Assembly (NCBI GenBank): GCA_046306055.1
Contig: JBKDXR010000024.1
Location: 7,073-71,072, forward strand
DNA from: Flavobacteriales bacterium
Lineage (GTDB): Bacteria; Bacteroidota; Bacteroidia; Flavobacteriales_F; PHOS-HE28
Reading direction: 5' to 3'
Length of the DNA stretch: 64,000 nucleotides
The number at the start of each line of letters is the position of its first letter. Within the stretch, counting starts at the first letter, position 1. The translations under genes were made by a program, and so were the position numbers. Under the pieces are notes generated by a model. The model worked only from the letters and a program-made list of their open reading frames with translations, was not told the DNA's origin and did no database searches. Of this stretch, positions 17,847 through 29,048 are shown in pieces.

Positions 17847-20800
17847 TCAGGGTAGTCGTTCAGGCCTGATCAACGTTGGGACCACACCCCCAATGTTGGT
17901 CAAGATCGGGTCCCTGTCGTTGTTCTCCCCAGTATACCGGATCACGCCGTCCATGTTGACGTCCTGGGCATGGTAGCCTATCGCCGAGGTGTTCGTGGGG
18001 ATGGTGCCGCCGATGGCTTGCAGAACCGCATCGCGGTCGTTGTCCGTTCCGGTGTAGATCAGGTTGTTGTCGCGGATCACATTGCCTGCCCAAAGGACCG
18101 TACGTGCGTTGATGGTCTTCTGTGCCTCCGTTCCGAAGGTCGTGGTGCTCGGGACGGTCAGGTCCAGCGCCGTCGGAGACCCTGTCAACGCCAGGAACGT
18201 ATTGGTCATGCAGCCCAAGTGGTTCCGGTGGCGAACGGCCACGTGATAATTGCCGGGCGCCGCCATGAATGTCAGGGGCGATGTGCCATCCTTGTCCACC
18301 ACATCGCCATCACGCTGGAGAAGAGCGGCGCGCGTGGCCACAATGGTCGTTGGCGTGGTTGCGCTTCGCAGTTCCACCAGTACCCAGTCCACTATGGCAT
18401 CGTTGCCGGTGGTGGTCAGCACGGTAGCACTGATCGATTCGCCGCCACCATTGCCGGCCTGGGTGAAACCGAGGCCGGTGTAAGGCTCCTGCAGGGGGAT
18501 CTGGCCCGCAGCACGAAGGTCATCGCGCATGAGGCCGGTGGCTGCTACGTAAGGTCCTTCCAGAAGCATGTCCAAGGCGAGCTTCACTCCGTTGTTCTCG
18601 ATCGTCATATTGTCCAGGTAGAGGAAGTTGCCGTATCCGTTGATGCCCGTGAAACGTACCATGACCGAGCCACCGTCATAGGCGCTCAGGTCGATGTCGT
18701 TCAAGCGCCATTGCGAGCAGTTCGTGGGGACCCATGCAGTGGTGGAGGCTGGTGCAGTGGCGAGCACGGAACCGCTCTGCTGGAACACAGTGGTCCATGT
18801 GGCGCCACAGTTTTCGCTCACCTCCACACGCAGGCCATCCTGGAAGCTGGCACTGTAGATGACATACGCGTGGTGGAACTTCAGTCGGGTGCCCGCCGAT
18901 GTACTGAGGTCGATGACCGGTGAGACCAAACGGTCCTCCTGGCCGGTGGACTGATAGGCGAAGTAGTCAATGGACCAAGCACGGCTGCTGGCACACAGCG
19001 CCCCGTTGGTGAGCAGGGTAGTGCTCCATGTGGTGCCGTTGTCGGGGTTCTGAAGGGTCCAGCCCGCTGGTGTGGTGCTCCCACCTTCCACATTCTGGGT
19101 GTAGGTGGCGGGGATCACCGTGGCAGCCGTTGTGCTGACCGAGCGCGATTGTTGGTCGTTCGAGGTGAATTGGTCTCCCGACAAGGCGGTGCTGACCACG
19201 AAGTTGAACGGCCCGCTTCCTGTGAGCGTTGGGGACTGGCTGAAGGTGAACGTGGCCAGCCCGCCCGCACCGATCGAGCCGGTGAAGGTCTCCGTGACGG
19301 GCGCACCGCCGTTCACACTGTAGGTGACCGGGAATCCGGTCTGGGGTTGCGAACCGGAGTTGCGGATCTCCACCACCACCGGCACGGGCTGGTCCGGACA
19401 AGTGAAGAGGTTCGTGGGCGGGGACACGATGGAGAACACGCCCACATTGTTCGGCACCGGGGTGTCAAAGGCCTCCACCTGATCTGTACGGCTGGTGGAC
19501 AAACCCTGGTTGGCACCGGCTCCCAATCCGCGACGGGCGAATGCAGCCCAGATGTACGCTTGGTTCGCACCGCCATTGTTGATCTGGTCGGCGAGCAGGA
19601 TGGCATCACGGCCATCCACGAACCCCGGGTTGCAAGGTGTGAGCTTCAAACCGTCGATGACCAACTGCATGGCAATGTTGTTGCCGCCCGTGCCATTGTA
19701 GATGTCCGGGTCGAAACCATACACACCGATCAGTTCCCAGGTCATCTCCCAGAGCATGGTGCACCACACGAAGCCAATGCCGTGGGGCTGTGAGATGGTA
19801 CTGGTGTTATTTGTGCTTGCATAAGTGAAGCTGTTCACGGCGAAGCTGGTGCTGTATCGCGCCGGGCGGATGCCCCCACCGGTGGGCGGCTGGTTCTGCA
19901 CATACGTGCCGATACCTCGTCCCATGGGGCCGGTATCCCCCGTTCGCATGGTCATGACCAGACCGAAGTAGTCGCTCCAGCCCTCGCCCATCTGCTCTGC
20001 GTTCGCCAGGCAGTTCACGTTCGAAGGACCACCGACCAGCCGGTTGCTGATACCATGTCCGTACTCATGTGCGATCACGCCATTGTCCAGGTCACTGGTC
20101 CGGTCCGGCGTTGCCGGGGTCCATACGAACATCTGCATGCGCGGATTGCTCCCGTCCGGCGGCGTGCCGAAGTTGGCGTTGTTCGTGCCATTGCCGTCCA
20201 GGGCATCGGCGAACACAAAGTCATTGCCGAGGCCTCCGCGCCCGTAGTTGTTCTGCTGGAAATTCCCGGAGGTCTCGGTAAACCCATACTTGTACCAGAC
20301 ATCGTGGATCAGGTTGTTCCAATAGAACAGGTTGGTGATGGCCGCGCTCTGGTAGTTCACCGGCGTCTGGGTGAAGTCGATCGGGAAGTCGAAATCGAGC
20401 GTGGCACCACCGTTGGGACTGAATCCTCCGGTGTTGTTCGCGTCTGCGTCCTCTTGGGCCTGCACATTGTTGCCCTTGGTGATGGTATGTTCAGCACCTG
20501 CTGCCCCGTTGGTGTCATGCCAGCCGTAGGGTGATGCGATGCCACCCGCCAGCCAGGGTGCGTTCTGTAGCGTGCGTGAACCGTGGCTCGGGCTCTCGAG
20601 CGGCCAGGCGAAAACGTTGTAGTCGTTCGGGGCCAATGGGGCCGGTGCGGCTTCAGGGGCTGGCGTTGGTGCGGTCGCGTGCGCATGATCGTGGCCCATG
20701 CCAAAAGCACACTGGCTCACCCAGTCGTTCCGTTCCAGTTCAACACCGGTCTCCGCATCGACCCGCACATTCCACCAGTGCGAACCGTCGGGTGTGTAGT

Positions 20801-21341
20801 GGTTCACGTTCCACGCCAGACGCAGGCCATCGCCCACTGGGACCAGAACGAGCTGTACGATCACCTCGTTACCGCTGGTGTGCGTCCCATCGTAGCGCTG
20901 GCGTTTTCCTCCATCCTCGGTGGCGATGAGCTCCGGTAGAGGCACGCCAGGAAGGGTGCGGGTCCAAACGGTGGCCAATGCCTGGGACGCATCCAACTTG
21001 GGTGTGACCGTGTTCACACGTTTGGCCATGAAGGGCGCTGCTCCATTGTTCACCTTCAGGAGCGCGTTGTTCGGGCCGCGATGGATGGCGATGTCCCCGT
21101 TCCAAACCTCAATACCCTGCCAACGCTGACGGAGGTACACATGCTGTACCCCGTTGTGCTTCGTGGTGTAATTGTCCTTTTCCACCAGATCGACCAGGTC
21201 CTGTTCAAGGAAACCGGACCGTATCAATTCGGCTTGTACATCGGTCGGAAGGGTGGCGCGTTTTTCCTGTGCGCTCAGGGTGAACGGAATGGCGAGCGCG
21301 AGCAGGTGCAGCAGGGAATGTCGTAAGGCCATGGGGAGCAT
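17847..21341 (-). CDS. M36 (fungalysin) family metalloprotease with FTP propeptide, CARDB-like and MAM-like domains and a C-terminal LLEGPY/dockerin-like module
   Basis: HEYGHGISNRLVGG motif and propeptide segment VYLRQRWQGIEVWNGD. The tail contains DVNMDGVI...NDRD repeats. The longest ORF starts at GTG 21374; ATGs at 21341 and 21332 precede the signal peptide. Confidence 0.85.
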   Translation of the reverse strand: MLPMALRHSLLHLLALAIPFTLSAQEKRATLPTDVQAELIRSGFLEQDLVDLVEKDNYTTKHNGVQHVYLRQRWQGIEVWNGDIAIHRGPNNALLKVNNGAAPFMAKRVNTVTPKLDASQALATVWTRTLPGVPLPELIATEDGGKRQRYDGTHTSGNEVIVQLVLVPVGDGLRLAWNVNHYTPDGSHWWNVRVDAETGVELERNDWVSQCAFGMGHDHAHATAPTPAPEAAPAPLAPNDYNVFAWPLESPSHGSRTLQNAPWLAGGIASPYGWHDTNGAAGAEHTITKGNNVQAQEDADANNTGGFSPNGGATLDFDFPIDFTQTPVNYQSAAITNLFYWNNLIHDVWYKYGFTETSGNFQQNNYGRGGLGNDFVFADALDGNGTNNANFGTPPDGSNPRMQMFVWTPATPDRTSDLDNGVIAHEYGHGISNRLVGGPSNVNCLANAEQMGEGWSDYFGLVMTMRTGDTGPMGRGIGTYVQNQPPTGGGIRPARYSTSFAVNSFTYASTNNTSTISQPHGIGFVWCTMLWEMTWELIGVYGFDPDIYNGTGGNNIAMQLVIDGLKLTPCNPGFVDGRDAILLADQINNGGANQAYIWAAFARRGLGAGANQGLSTSRTDQVEAFDTPVPNNVGVFSIVSPPTNLFTCPDQPVPVVVEIRNSGSQPQTGFPVTYSVNGGAPVTETFTGSIGAGGLATFTFSQSPTLTGSGPFNFVVSTALSGDQFTSNDQQSRSVSTTAATVIPATYTQNVEGGSTTPAGWTLQNPDNGTTWSTTLLTNGALCASSRAWSIDYFAYQSTGQEDRLVSPVIDLSTSAGTRLKFHHAYVIYSASFQDGLRVEVSENCGATWTTVFQQSGSVLATAPASTTAWVPTNCSQWRLNDIDLSAYDGGSVMVRFTGINGYGNFLYLDNMTIENNGVKLALDMLLEGPYVAATGLMRDDLRAAGQIPLQEPYTGLGFTQAGNGGGESISATVLTTTGNDAIVDWVLVELRSATTPTTIVATRAALLQRDGDVVDKDGTSPLTFMAAPGNYHVAVRHRNHLGCMTNTFLALTGSPTALDLTVPSTTTFGTEAQKTINARTVLWAGNVIRDNNLIYTGTDNDRDAVLQAIGGTIPTNTSAIGYHAQDVNMDGVIRYTGENNDRDPILTNIGGVVPTLIRPERLP

Positions 21342-21449
21342 TGGGAATTTGAAAGTATTGGTAGGACAAGCCACGGGGCAAGTTCGTTCACCGGCTCTAT
21401 GGGGATCCCAAGCCGGATCGGGCGGTAACGGCCCTGCTGCGGGTCATTG

Positions 21450-21457
21450 TAGTTTTG
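21450..21457 (+). promoter_or_regulatory. putative -7 promoter box (TAGTTTTG) for the bacilliredoxin gene
   Basis: Exact TAnnTTTG match 60 nt upstream of ATG 21517. Confidence 0.4.
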
Positions 21458-21516
21458 TATTCGCTTACCAACCGGCGCCGGGTGATCCCACGCTGGAACA
21501 AATCCCCGAAATACTG

Positions 21517-21927
21517 ATGTACCCTCCCGAGCTTGTTGCCCCCATGAAGACCGACCTGACCAGCGTCGGCTTTGAAGACCTGAAGACCCCCGAACAAGTG
21601 GACAAGGCCCTGATGCAACCCGGCACCGTGCTCTGCGTGGTGAACAGCGTTTGTGGCTGCGCGGCCGGCGCTGCCCGTCCCGGGGTGAAAATGAGCCTGC
21701 GCTCGGAGAAGCGCCCGGCCAAGTTGGTCACCGTCTTCGCCGGTGTCGACACCGACGCGGTGATCCAGGCCCGCAAGCATTTCCTGCCCTATCCGCCCAG
21801 CAGCCCCAGCATGGCTTTGTTCAAGGATGGCAAACTGGTGCACTTTCTGGAGCGCCACCACATCGAAGGCCGCAGTGCCGAGATGATCGCGGATAACCTG
21901 ATGATGGCCTACGACGAGTTCTGCTGA
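21517..21927 (+). CDS. BrxA/BrxB-family bacilliredoxin (DUF1094)
   Basis: Internal ATG of ORF 21172..21927. CGC redox motif (VNSVCGCAAGAARP); 136 aa is typical for YphP/YqiW-type proteins. Confidence 0.8.
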   Translation: MYPPELVAPMKTDLTSVGFEDLKTPEQVDKALMQPGTVLCVVNSVCGCAAGAARPGVKMSLRSEKRPAKLVTVFAGVDTDAVIQARKHFLPYPPSSPSMALFKDGKLVHFLERHHIEGRSAEMIADNLMMAYDEFC

Positions 21928-21951
21928 GGCCGTATCCGGATCTGTCCCATT

Positions 21952-21988
21952 CATGAGCCCTTGGCCTTGGCCAGGGGCTCATGTTTTT
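21952..21988 (+). terminator. rho-independent terminator
   Basis: Stem of about 12 bp, catgagcccttg / caggggctcatg, followed by ttttt. Confidence 0.7.
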
Positions 21989-22052
21989 CATCGTGCTCGT
22001 CTCAGGCAGCGCTTCGCTTTGCTACCTTGTCCTGCATGGGACTCCGTGCAAC

Positions 22053-23723
22053 ATGAGGATCCAACAGCTTGCCATCGGCTTGGCCTTGGTCCGTTCAGCA
22101 TTCGGTCAGCTGCCCGCGGAGGTGGCCGACCAACGTGTGCAGATCGTTCGCTACGATCGTGTAGTGGCTGGTGCCCCCGGACAATGGATCTTCGCGGGTG
22201 TGCAGCAGGGTTGGGACGAAATGCGCACGGTGCTTGTGGCCCGGGCAGAGGACGGCAGTGTGTTGTGGGATTCGCCAACGGATGTCCCGGCGGCGTTTCT
22301 GGAGCCCAGTGTAATGGCAGCACTTCCGGATGGTTTCGTGCTCGGTGGCCGGCCCATTGAGTGCTCACTTCCCTTGGGGCTGCACCACTTGCAACGGCGC
22401 GACCAGGCCGGTGAATTGCTATGGTCGATCCTGTTGAACGACATCGCACCTGCATCGATCAGCATTTCGGCTTCCGGGGCCATTGCATTGGGTGACGACC
22501 CGGAAGTGGATGATCCTTTGGTGCGCGTGTTGGATGGCAACGGCGTTGAACAAGCTGGTTGGACCATTCCCTGGCCTTCCATGCGCTGCGTCCGTTGGGC
22601 GTCGGATGGTGCGCTGCTCACCATGAACGAGGGTGTACTCGCGCGCTGGACCAACGAGGGCGAACTCCTTGATCAGGCGATGATACCGGCCGGTGCATTG
22701 GATCTTGTAGCAGTTGGTGCTGACGATCTGCGGGTCCTTCATGCCGACAGAATGGTGCGCTACGACGGCGCTTTCAATGCGATCGATAGCATCGCCTTGG
22801 CCGGACTTGGTGAGTCCCGTTGGATGGAGCTGGCGGAGGATCTCATTTGGATCACCTGCACGGAAGCCTTCGCAGCGGTTGATCCCGTATCGGGTCTGGT
22901 CACGTCGTTCAGCAACGATCCGATCGATGGGCATGGGGTCACCGGAACGGCTGTGCGCGACGGCCTGATCATGACCGCAGGCGCTGCATCCGTGGATGGC
23001 CGCAGCGGCGGGGTGATGCGCTCCTTCACCAACTCGGGGGAATTCGCCCAGCACGCAGATGATCTCACCATCAGCATCGCTTCGGTTGACAGTCTGTACT
23101 TCGAGGTATTCGACCTGTCCCCGCAGATCGTTCGGGTACACGCACAGGTGACCATCCTGGTGGAGAACCATGGCACGGACGTGCTTGATAAGCTGTTGAT
23201 CAACACCCAGCGGACGGTGGGCTATTGCGGTGCGGACTTCGGAGCCAACGCCACGCCCATGGACATGCAGATACCTCCTGGCGGAACAGCGCTGGTGCAG
23301 ATGCCCTTGATCATTTCGCAACCCTTCACGGTGCCGGTCGGTGATACGCTCGTGTTCGAACAGTGCTTCGTGGCGCTTTCCCCGAACGACAAGGTGGATC
23401 GTGAACCATCGGACAACCGCACCTGTCTGGAGGCGGGTTTCAACAACACCACATCGATCGCAGAGCGTGATGCCTTCGGTGGTGCGCTTATCGCCCCTGT
23501 CCCCTTCAAAGATCACTTCACGATCGAGCTGGGCTCTTCCCCTGGACGGAACGCGGTCATTATCGTGCATGATGCAGCTGGTCGGCAGCTTCACCAGCAG
23601 CAGTGGCCGGCCGGGTATTCCCGCATCACCCTATCCGCGGCACACCTTCCGGCCGGAGTGCTGGTGGTCGTTGTCCATGATGCGGAGCAACGCCTTGTGC
23701 GGCGTGTGGTATGTATCCCTTGA
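22053..23723 (+). CDS. hypothetical secreted protein with a T9SS C-terminal sorting domain
   Basis: ATG 22053 gives the signal peptide MRIQQLAIGLALVRSAFGQ, with a TACCTTGT box 23 nt upstream. T9SS-type C-terminus. Confidence 0.65.
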   Translation: MRIQQLAIGLALVRSAFGQLPAEVADQRVQIVRYDRVVAGAPGQWIFAGVQQGWDEMRTVLVARAEDGSVLWDSPTDVPAAFLEPSVMAALPDGFVLGGRPIECSLPLGLHHLQRRDQAGELLWSILLNDIAPASISISASGAIALGDDPEVDDPLVRVLDGNGVEQAGWTIPWPSMRCVRWASDGALLTMNEGVLARWTNEGELLDQAMIPAGALDLVAVGADDLRVLHADRMVRYDGAFNAIDSIALAGLGESRWMELAEDLIWITCTEAFAAVDPVSGLVTSFSNDPIDGHGVTGTAVRDGLIMTAGAASVDGRSGGVMRSFTNSGEFAQHADDLTISIASVDSLYFEVFDLSPQIVRVHAQVTILVENHGTDVLDKLLINTQRTVGYCGADFGANATPMDMQIPPGGTALVQMPLIISQPFTVPVGDTLVFEQCFVALSPNDKVDREPSDNRTCLEAGFNNTTSIAERDAFGGALIAPVPFKDHFTIELGSSPGRNAVIIVHDAAGRQLHQQQWPAGYSRITLSAAHLPAGVLVVVVHDAEQRLVRRVVCIP

Positions 23724-23893
23724 AGAGCCTCAGGACCGGGTCTTTCGTGACTTGACAGGCCAGGATCACCAGCTCTGTATCCCGCACCTGCAAGTTCCCA
23801 TGGTGGCACGAGCGGTCGGGTGCACAGTGGCAGGCGCGGGGCACCTCGCCATCCGCGATCTGCCGCTTTGGAATGCGTTGGCTGTGCAAGGGA

Positions 23894-23924
23894 AAGCCCC
23901 CACTGTGTTGAACAGTGGGGGCTT
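23894..23924. terminator. bidirectional hairpin terminator between convergent genes
   Basis: 13-bp stem aagcccccactgt / acagtgggggctt. Confidence 0.6.
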
Positions 23925-23947
23925 CGCATTCCTGGTCGGTCGTTGGC

Positions 23948-25417
<1,470 letters not shown>

Positions 25418-25462
25418 TCAACGGACAGGTTTTCAAGCAGCTGCGGTGAAGAAGCCCCCCGG

Positions 25463-26569
25463 TCAGTTGAGGGCGTAAACCTTCCCCGGAAGGGCCCTCA
25501 CCACCCCATTGAACTCGAGGTTCAGTAGCAGCCCGGCCGCCTTGCCTTGGGGCATCCGGCTCTGGATGCACAGTTCGTCGATATCCACCTTCCCCTTGGC
25601 CTTGATGATGTCCACCAGCGTCTGCTCCTCGGGTAAGAGGTCAGCGAATAATGCAGCCTGCACGGGTGCCTTCTTTTTCCGGGGCAACCATTCCATGAAG
25701 GTGATCACGTCCTTCGCGGAGGTCACCAGCATGGCTTTGTTCTGCTGGATGATCTTGTTGCAACCCTCGCTGCGCGGATCGGTGGGGCGTCCGGGATAGG
25801 CGAACACCTCCCGGTCGTAGCTATTGGCGATATCGGCTGTGATCAGGCTGCCTCCCTTGGGGCCGCTCTCCACCACCACGGTGCAGTCGCTCAGCCCAGC
25901 GATGATGCGGTTGCGGGCCGGAAAGTTCCCGGGTGCGAAGGTGCTTGCACTGGGCAATTCACTGATGAGCGCCCCTTGGCCCAGCATCTGCTTGGCGGTG
26001 GCCGCATGTTCGCCGGGGTATAGCTTGTCCAGTCCATGTGCCACGCAGCCCAGCGTGGGCAGGTCCTGCTTCAGGGCCGTGCGATGGGCCACGATATCGA
26101 TCCCATAGGCCAGGCCGCTCACAATGGTGGCGTTCGCCTCTTTCAGGCCTTCCACCAGTTCCACACAAAGCCGCTTGCCTTGTTCCGAAGGGGTTCGTGT
26201 GCCTACGATGGCCACCATGTGCTCCACATCCAGGTCCGCTTTGCCTTTCGCGAAAAGGAGCACGGGGGCATCCTCCGCCTGTTTGAGCCGGCGGGGATAT
26301 TCCGCATCGAGGTAGAACAGCATGCGCAGCTTGTGCTTCTGCACATAGGCCAGTTCCTTTTCCGCCAGTGCCAGCACCTTTTTGTCCGTGATGCTCGCGA
26401 TAAGCTTGGGTCCGATGCCCGGCACCTTCTCCAACGTGTTCTTCAGCTTGCGGTCGGTGAAGATGGGGTCAACGCCTCCGCAATAGGCCACCAGGTTGCG
26501 TGCGTTCACCGGTCCGATGCCCTTGAGCATGGACAGTGCGATGCGGTGAATGAGCTGCTGGTCCTCCAT
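25463..26569 (-). CDS. dprA: DNA-processing protein DprA
   Basis: 368 aa with the Rossmann-like DprA core (IVSGLAYGID, GSLITA) and a C-terminal winged-helix region. Confidence 0.9.
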   Translation of the reverse strand: MEDQQLIHRIALSMLKGIGPVNARNLVAYCGGVDPIFTDRKLKNTLEKVPGIGPKLIASITDKKVLALAEKELAYVQKHKLRMLFYLDAEYPRRLKQAEDAPVLLFAKGKADLDVEHMVAIVGTRTPSEQGKRLCVELVEGLKEANATIVSGLAYGIDIVAHRTALKQDLPTLGCVAHGLDKLYPGEHAATAKQMLGQGALISELPSASTFAPGNFPARNRIIAGLSDCTVVVESGPKGGSLITADIANSYDREVFAYPGRPTDPRSEGCNKIIQQNKAMLVTSAKDVITFMEWLPRKKKAPVQAALFADLLPEEQTLVDIIKAKGKVDIDELCIQSRMPQGKAAGLLLNLEFNGVVRALPGKVYALN

Positions 26570-26663
26570 AGGGTATTGTGGAACGTGCTTTCTCTACATT
26601 TACCCGCAACGCCTACGGCAACAACAGGTGCCGGGGTGCGAATGCCACAAATCTAATCGCCCC

Positions 26664-29048
26664 ATGATGAGGCTGATCGCCTTGCTCTTCGCCCTTGCGG
26701 GAACCTTCTTCTCGCATGCTCAGACCACCCTGCTGAAAGGCATGGTGAGGGACACGCTGAGCGGCGAACCGCTTATTGGCGTGAATGTGACCCATGCCCC
26801 CGGCAAGGGCACCGCTACGAATGTGGATGGTGCGTACAGCATGGACCTGCCGGTGGGCACCTACACCATCACCTTTTCCTTCGTGGGTTACACCACCGTG
26901 ACGCGCAATGTCACCATTCCGGAGGCCAATTCGCTGACCTTGGATGTGCGCCTAAGTCCATCGGCCACCCAGCTGGACATGGTGGTGGTTAGCGCGGGCC
27001 GTTTTGAACAGCGCGTGGGGGAGGTGACACAGAGCCTGAGCGTTCTGCGGCCGGAGATCGTGCAGAACAAGAACATCGTGAGCATGGACCAGGCCTTGGA
27101 CCAGGTGCCAGGCGTGGTGGTGGTGGACGAGGACCCACAGATCAGGGCCGGCAGTGGGTTCAGCTACGGTGCTGGCAGCCGTGTGCAGGTCCTGGTGGAC
27201 GATATGCCGATACTGAGCGGGGACATCGGCCGTCCCAACTGGACCTTCCTGCCCTTGGAGAACCTGGAGCAGGTGGAGGTGATCAAGGGGGCCAGTTCGG
27301 TGCTCTATGGCAGTGCTGCGCTCAGTGGGGTCATTAATGTGCGCACGGCCTATCCGCGTGCCGAGCCCCGCACACGGGCCACGGTGTTCAGTGGTGTTTA
27401 CAATACGCCCGGCAGCACGGCCGCCAAGTGGTGGGGTGACAATGCCCCGTTGTTCGGAGGTGCCAACTTTTTTCACAGCCAGCAGTTCGGACCATTGGAC
27501 CTGGTGATCGGTGGCAACGCCTATGCCGATGGCGGTTTCGTGGGCCCCGAACCCATTCCTGCGGATTCACTTGCCGCCGACCCCTTGCGCACCGCTCCGG
27601 GAGGGTACGAGCAACGTGTTCGGTTCAATGCCGGACTACGTTGGCGCGATCGCAAGGTGAAAGGGCTGACCTACGGCATCAGTGGCAATGCCATGCGCAG
27701 TCGCTCATCCAGTATCTTCATCTGGAACGATATCGAGGAGGGCCTTTATCGCGCCAAGACCGGCACCGTTACACGTACCCAGGGCTCCCAGTATTACGTG
27801 GATCCCCAGGTGAATTACCGCACTGCGTCCGGCACCCGGCACACCTTGCGCGGCCGTTTCCACCGGCAGGAGTTCGACAACGATAACGACCAGAGCAATG
27901 CGAACAGCACCATCTACGGGGAGTACCAGGTGCAACAGGAGGTCGACCTGCTGGGACAGACCATGATCACTGCCGGTATTGTGGGTCGTGGTACCAATTC
28001 CATTGCCGAGCTCTACCGGGGAGGACTTGATGGCAGGGACCGGAACACGTCCGCGAACCTGGCCGCCTACCTCCAATTGGACAAGAAGCTGTTTGACAAG
28101 CTGGCCATATCCCTTGGCATGCGCTACGAGCAGTTCCGCGTGAACGATGCCGACACGGCCCAACCCGTTTTCCGCGCCGGGGCCACCTACCAGGTGCATA
28201 AGGCCACGTATCTGCGTGCGAGCTATGGCCAGGGATTCCGGTATCCCACCATCGGTGAGCGGTACATCCGTACAGCGGTCGGCCTGTTGAACATCTATCC
28301 GAACGAGGCTCTCCGCGCCGAGCAGAGCTGGAACATTGAAGGGGGCGTGAAGCAAGGGTTCAAGCTGGGCAATTTCATGGGCTATTTGGACGCGGTGGTG
28401 TTCCAGCAGGATTTCCAGGATTACGTGGAATTCACCTTCGGGCAGTGGGCCGCGAGCCAGGGCACGGGCAACCTTTTCGGACTTGGTTTCAAGAGCGTGA
28501 ACACCGGGGGTGCGCGTGTTTCCGGTTACGAGTTCGAGCTGGTGGGCAAGGGCACGGTCGGCAAGGTGGACCTCACCATGTTGATGGGCTACACGCACAC
28601 CTTGCCGGTCTCCACCACGCCTGATCAGGTGTATGCCACATCGGTTGCTCCCGGGTTCCCGCCGGCGACCTACACGAACACCAGTTACAACCCCACGGAC
28701 AACATCCTGAAGTTCCGGGTCCAGAACCTCTTTCGCGCGGACCTCCAGACCGACTACAAGCGCCTCATGGCCGGTGTTAGCGTGCGCTACAACAGCCATG
28801 TGCGCAACATCGACCGGGTGTTCGTGGACCTGGACGAAAGCGGGCTTTTGACCACGGGCGTGGGCCAGTGGATGTCGGAGCACACCACCGGCGATTGGCT
28901 GGTGGATGCGCGCGTTGGTGTTGACCTAACGGAGGTGGCACGTGTGGCGGTCATTGTGAACAACCTGACGAACGAGGTGTATTCGCTGCGCCCCCTGTCC
29001 ATTGAGGCGCCACGTAGCATCCAGGTGCAGCTTACGGTGAACCTATGA
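26664..29048 (+). CDS. TonB-dependent receptor with an N-terminal CarboxypepD_reg-like domain
   Basis: Signal peptide from ATG 26664, then a carboxypeptidase-regulatory-like fold, a plug, and a beta-barrel ending in an aromatic-rich C-terminus. Confidence 0.85.
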   Translation: MMRLIALLFALAGTFFSHAQTTLLKGMVRDTLSGEPLIGVNVTHAPGKGTATNVDGAYSMDLPVGTYTITFSFVGYTTVTRNVTIPEANSLTLDVRLSPSATQLDMVVVSAGRFEQRVGEVTQSLSVLRPEIVQNKNIVSMDQALDQVPGVVVVDEDPQIRAGSGFSYGAGSRVQVLVDDMPILSGDIGRPNWTFLPLENLEQVEVIKGASSVLYGSAALSGVINVRTAYPRAEPRTRATVFSGVYNTPGSTAAKWWGDNAPLFGGANFFHSQQFGPLDLVIGGNAYADGGFVGPEPIPADSLAADPLRTAPGGYEQRVRFNAGLRWRDRKVKGLTYGISGNAMRSRSSSIFIWNDIEEGLYRAKTGTVTRTQGSQYYVDPQVNYRTASGTRHTLRGRFHRQEFDNDNDQSNANSTIYGEYQVQQEVDLLGQTMITAGIVGRGTNSIAELYRGGLDGRDRNTSANLAAYLQLDKKLFDKLAISLGMRYEQFRVNDADTAQPVFRAGATYQVHKATYLRASYGQGFRYPTIGERYIRTAVGLLNIYPNEALRAEQSWNIEGGVKQGFKLGNFMGYLDAVVFQQDFQDYVEFTFGQWAASQGTGNLFGLGFKSVNTGGARVSGYEFELVGKGTVGKVDLTMLMGYTHTLPVSTTPDQVYATSVAPGFPPATYTNTSYNPTDNILKFRVQNLFRADLQTDYKRLMAGVSVRYNSHVRNIDRVFVDLDESGLLTTGVGQWMSEHTTGDWLVDARVGVDLTEVARVAVIVNNLTNEVYSLRPLSIEAPRSIQVQLTVNL

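Noticed and set aside
17847-18100. Dockerin-like repeats in the M36 tail as evidence for a cellulosome.
   Set aside because: No cohesin or scaffoldin-like genes are in the window, and the organism is a Gram-negative Bacteroidota. The repeats are more safely described as generic calcium-binding DxNxDG loops.
21172-21927. N-terminal extensions given by the longest-ORF track. Examples: 21172 for the bacilliredoxin, 55781 for cytochrome c, 26550 for the TonB-dependent receptor, 13203 for udk, 34400 for bcp, 34192 for the thioesterase, 61505 for trpS.
   Set aside because: Many of these track starts are TTG or GTG. The extensions overlap neighbouring genes or promoter boxes, lack family homology, and internal ATG/GTG starts give canonical protein lengths, signal peptides or N-terminal motifs.
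21517-21927. The Brx name raised the possibility of a BREX phage-defence component.
   Set aside because: This is a BrxA/BrxB bacilliredoxin (CGC redox motif, DUF1094), which is a thiol-redox protein. No PglX, PglZ or BrxC genes are nearby. It only hints at bacillithiol-type redox chemistry.
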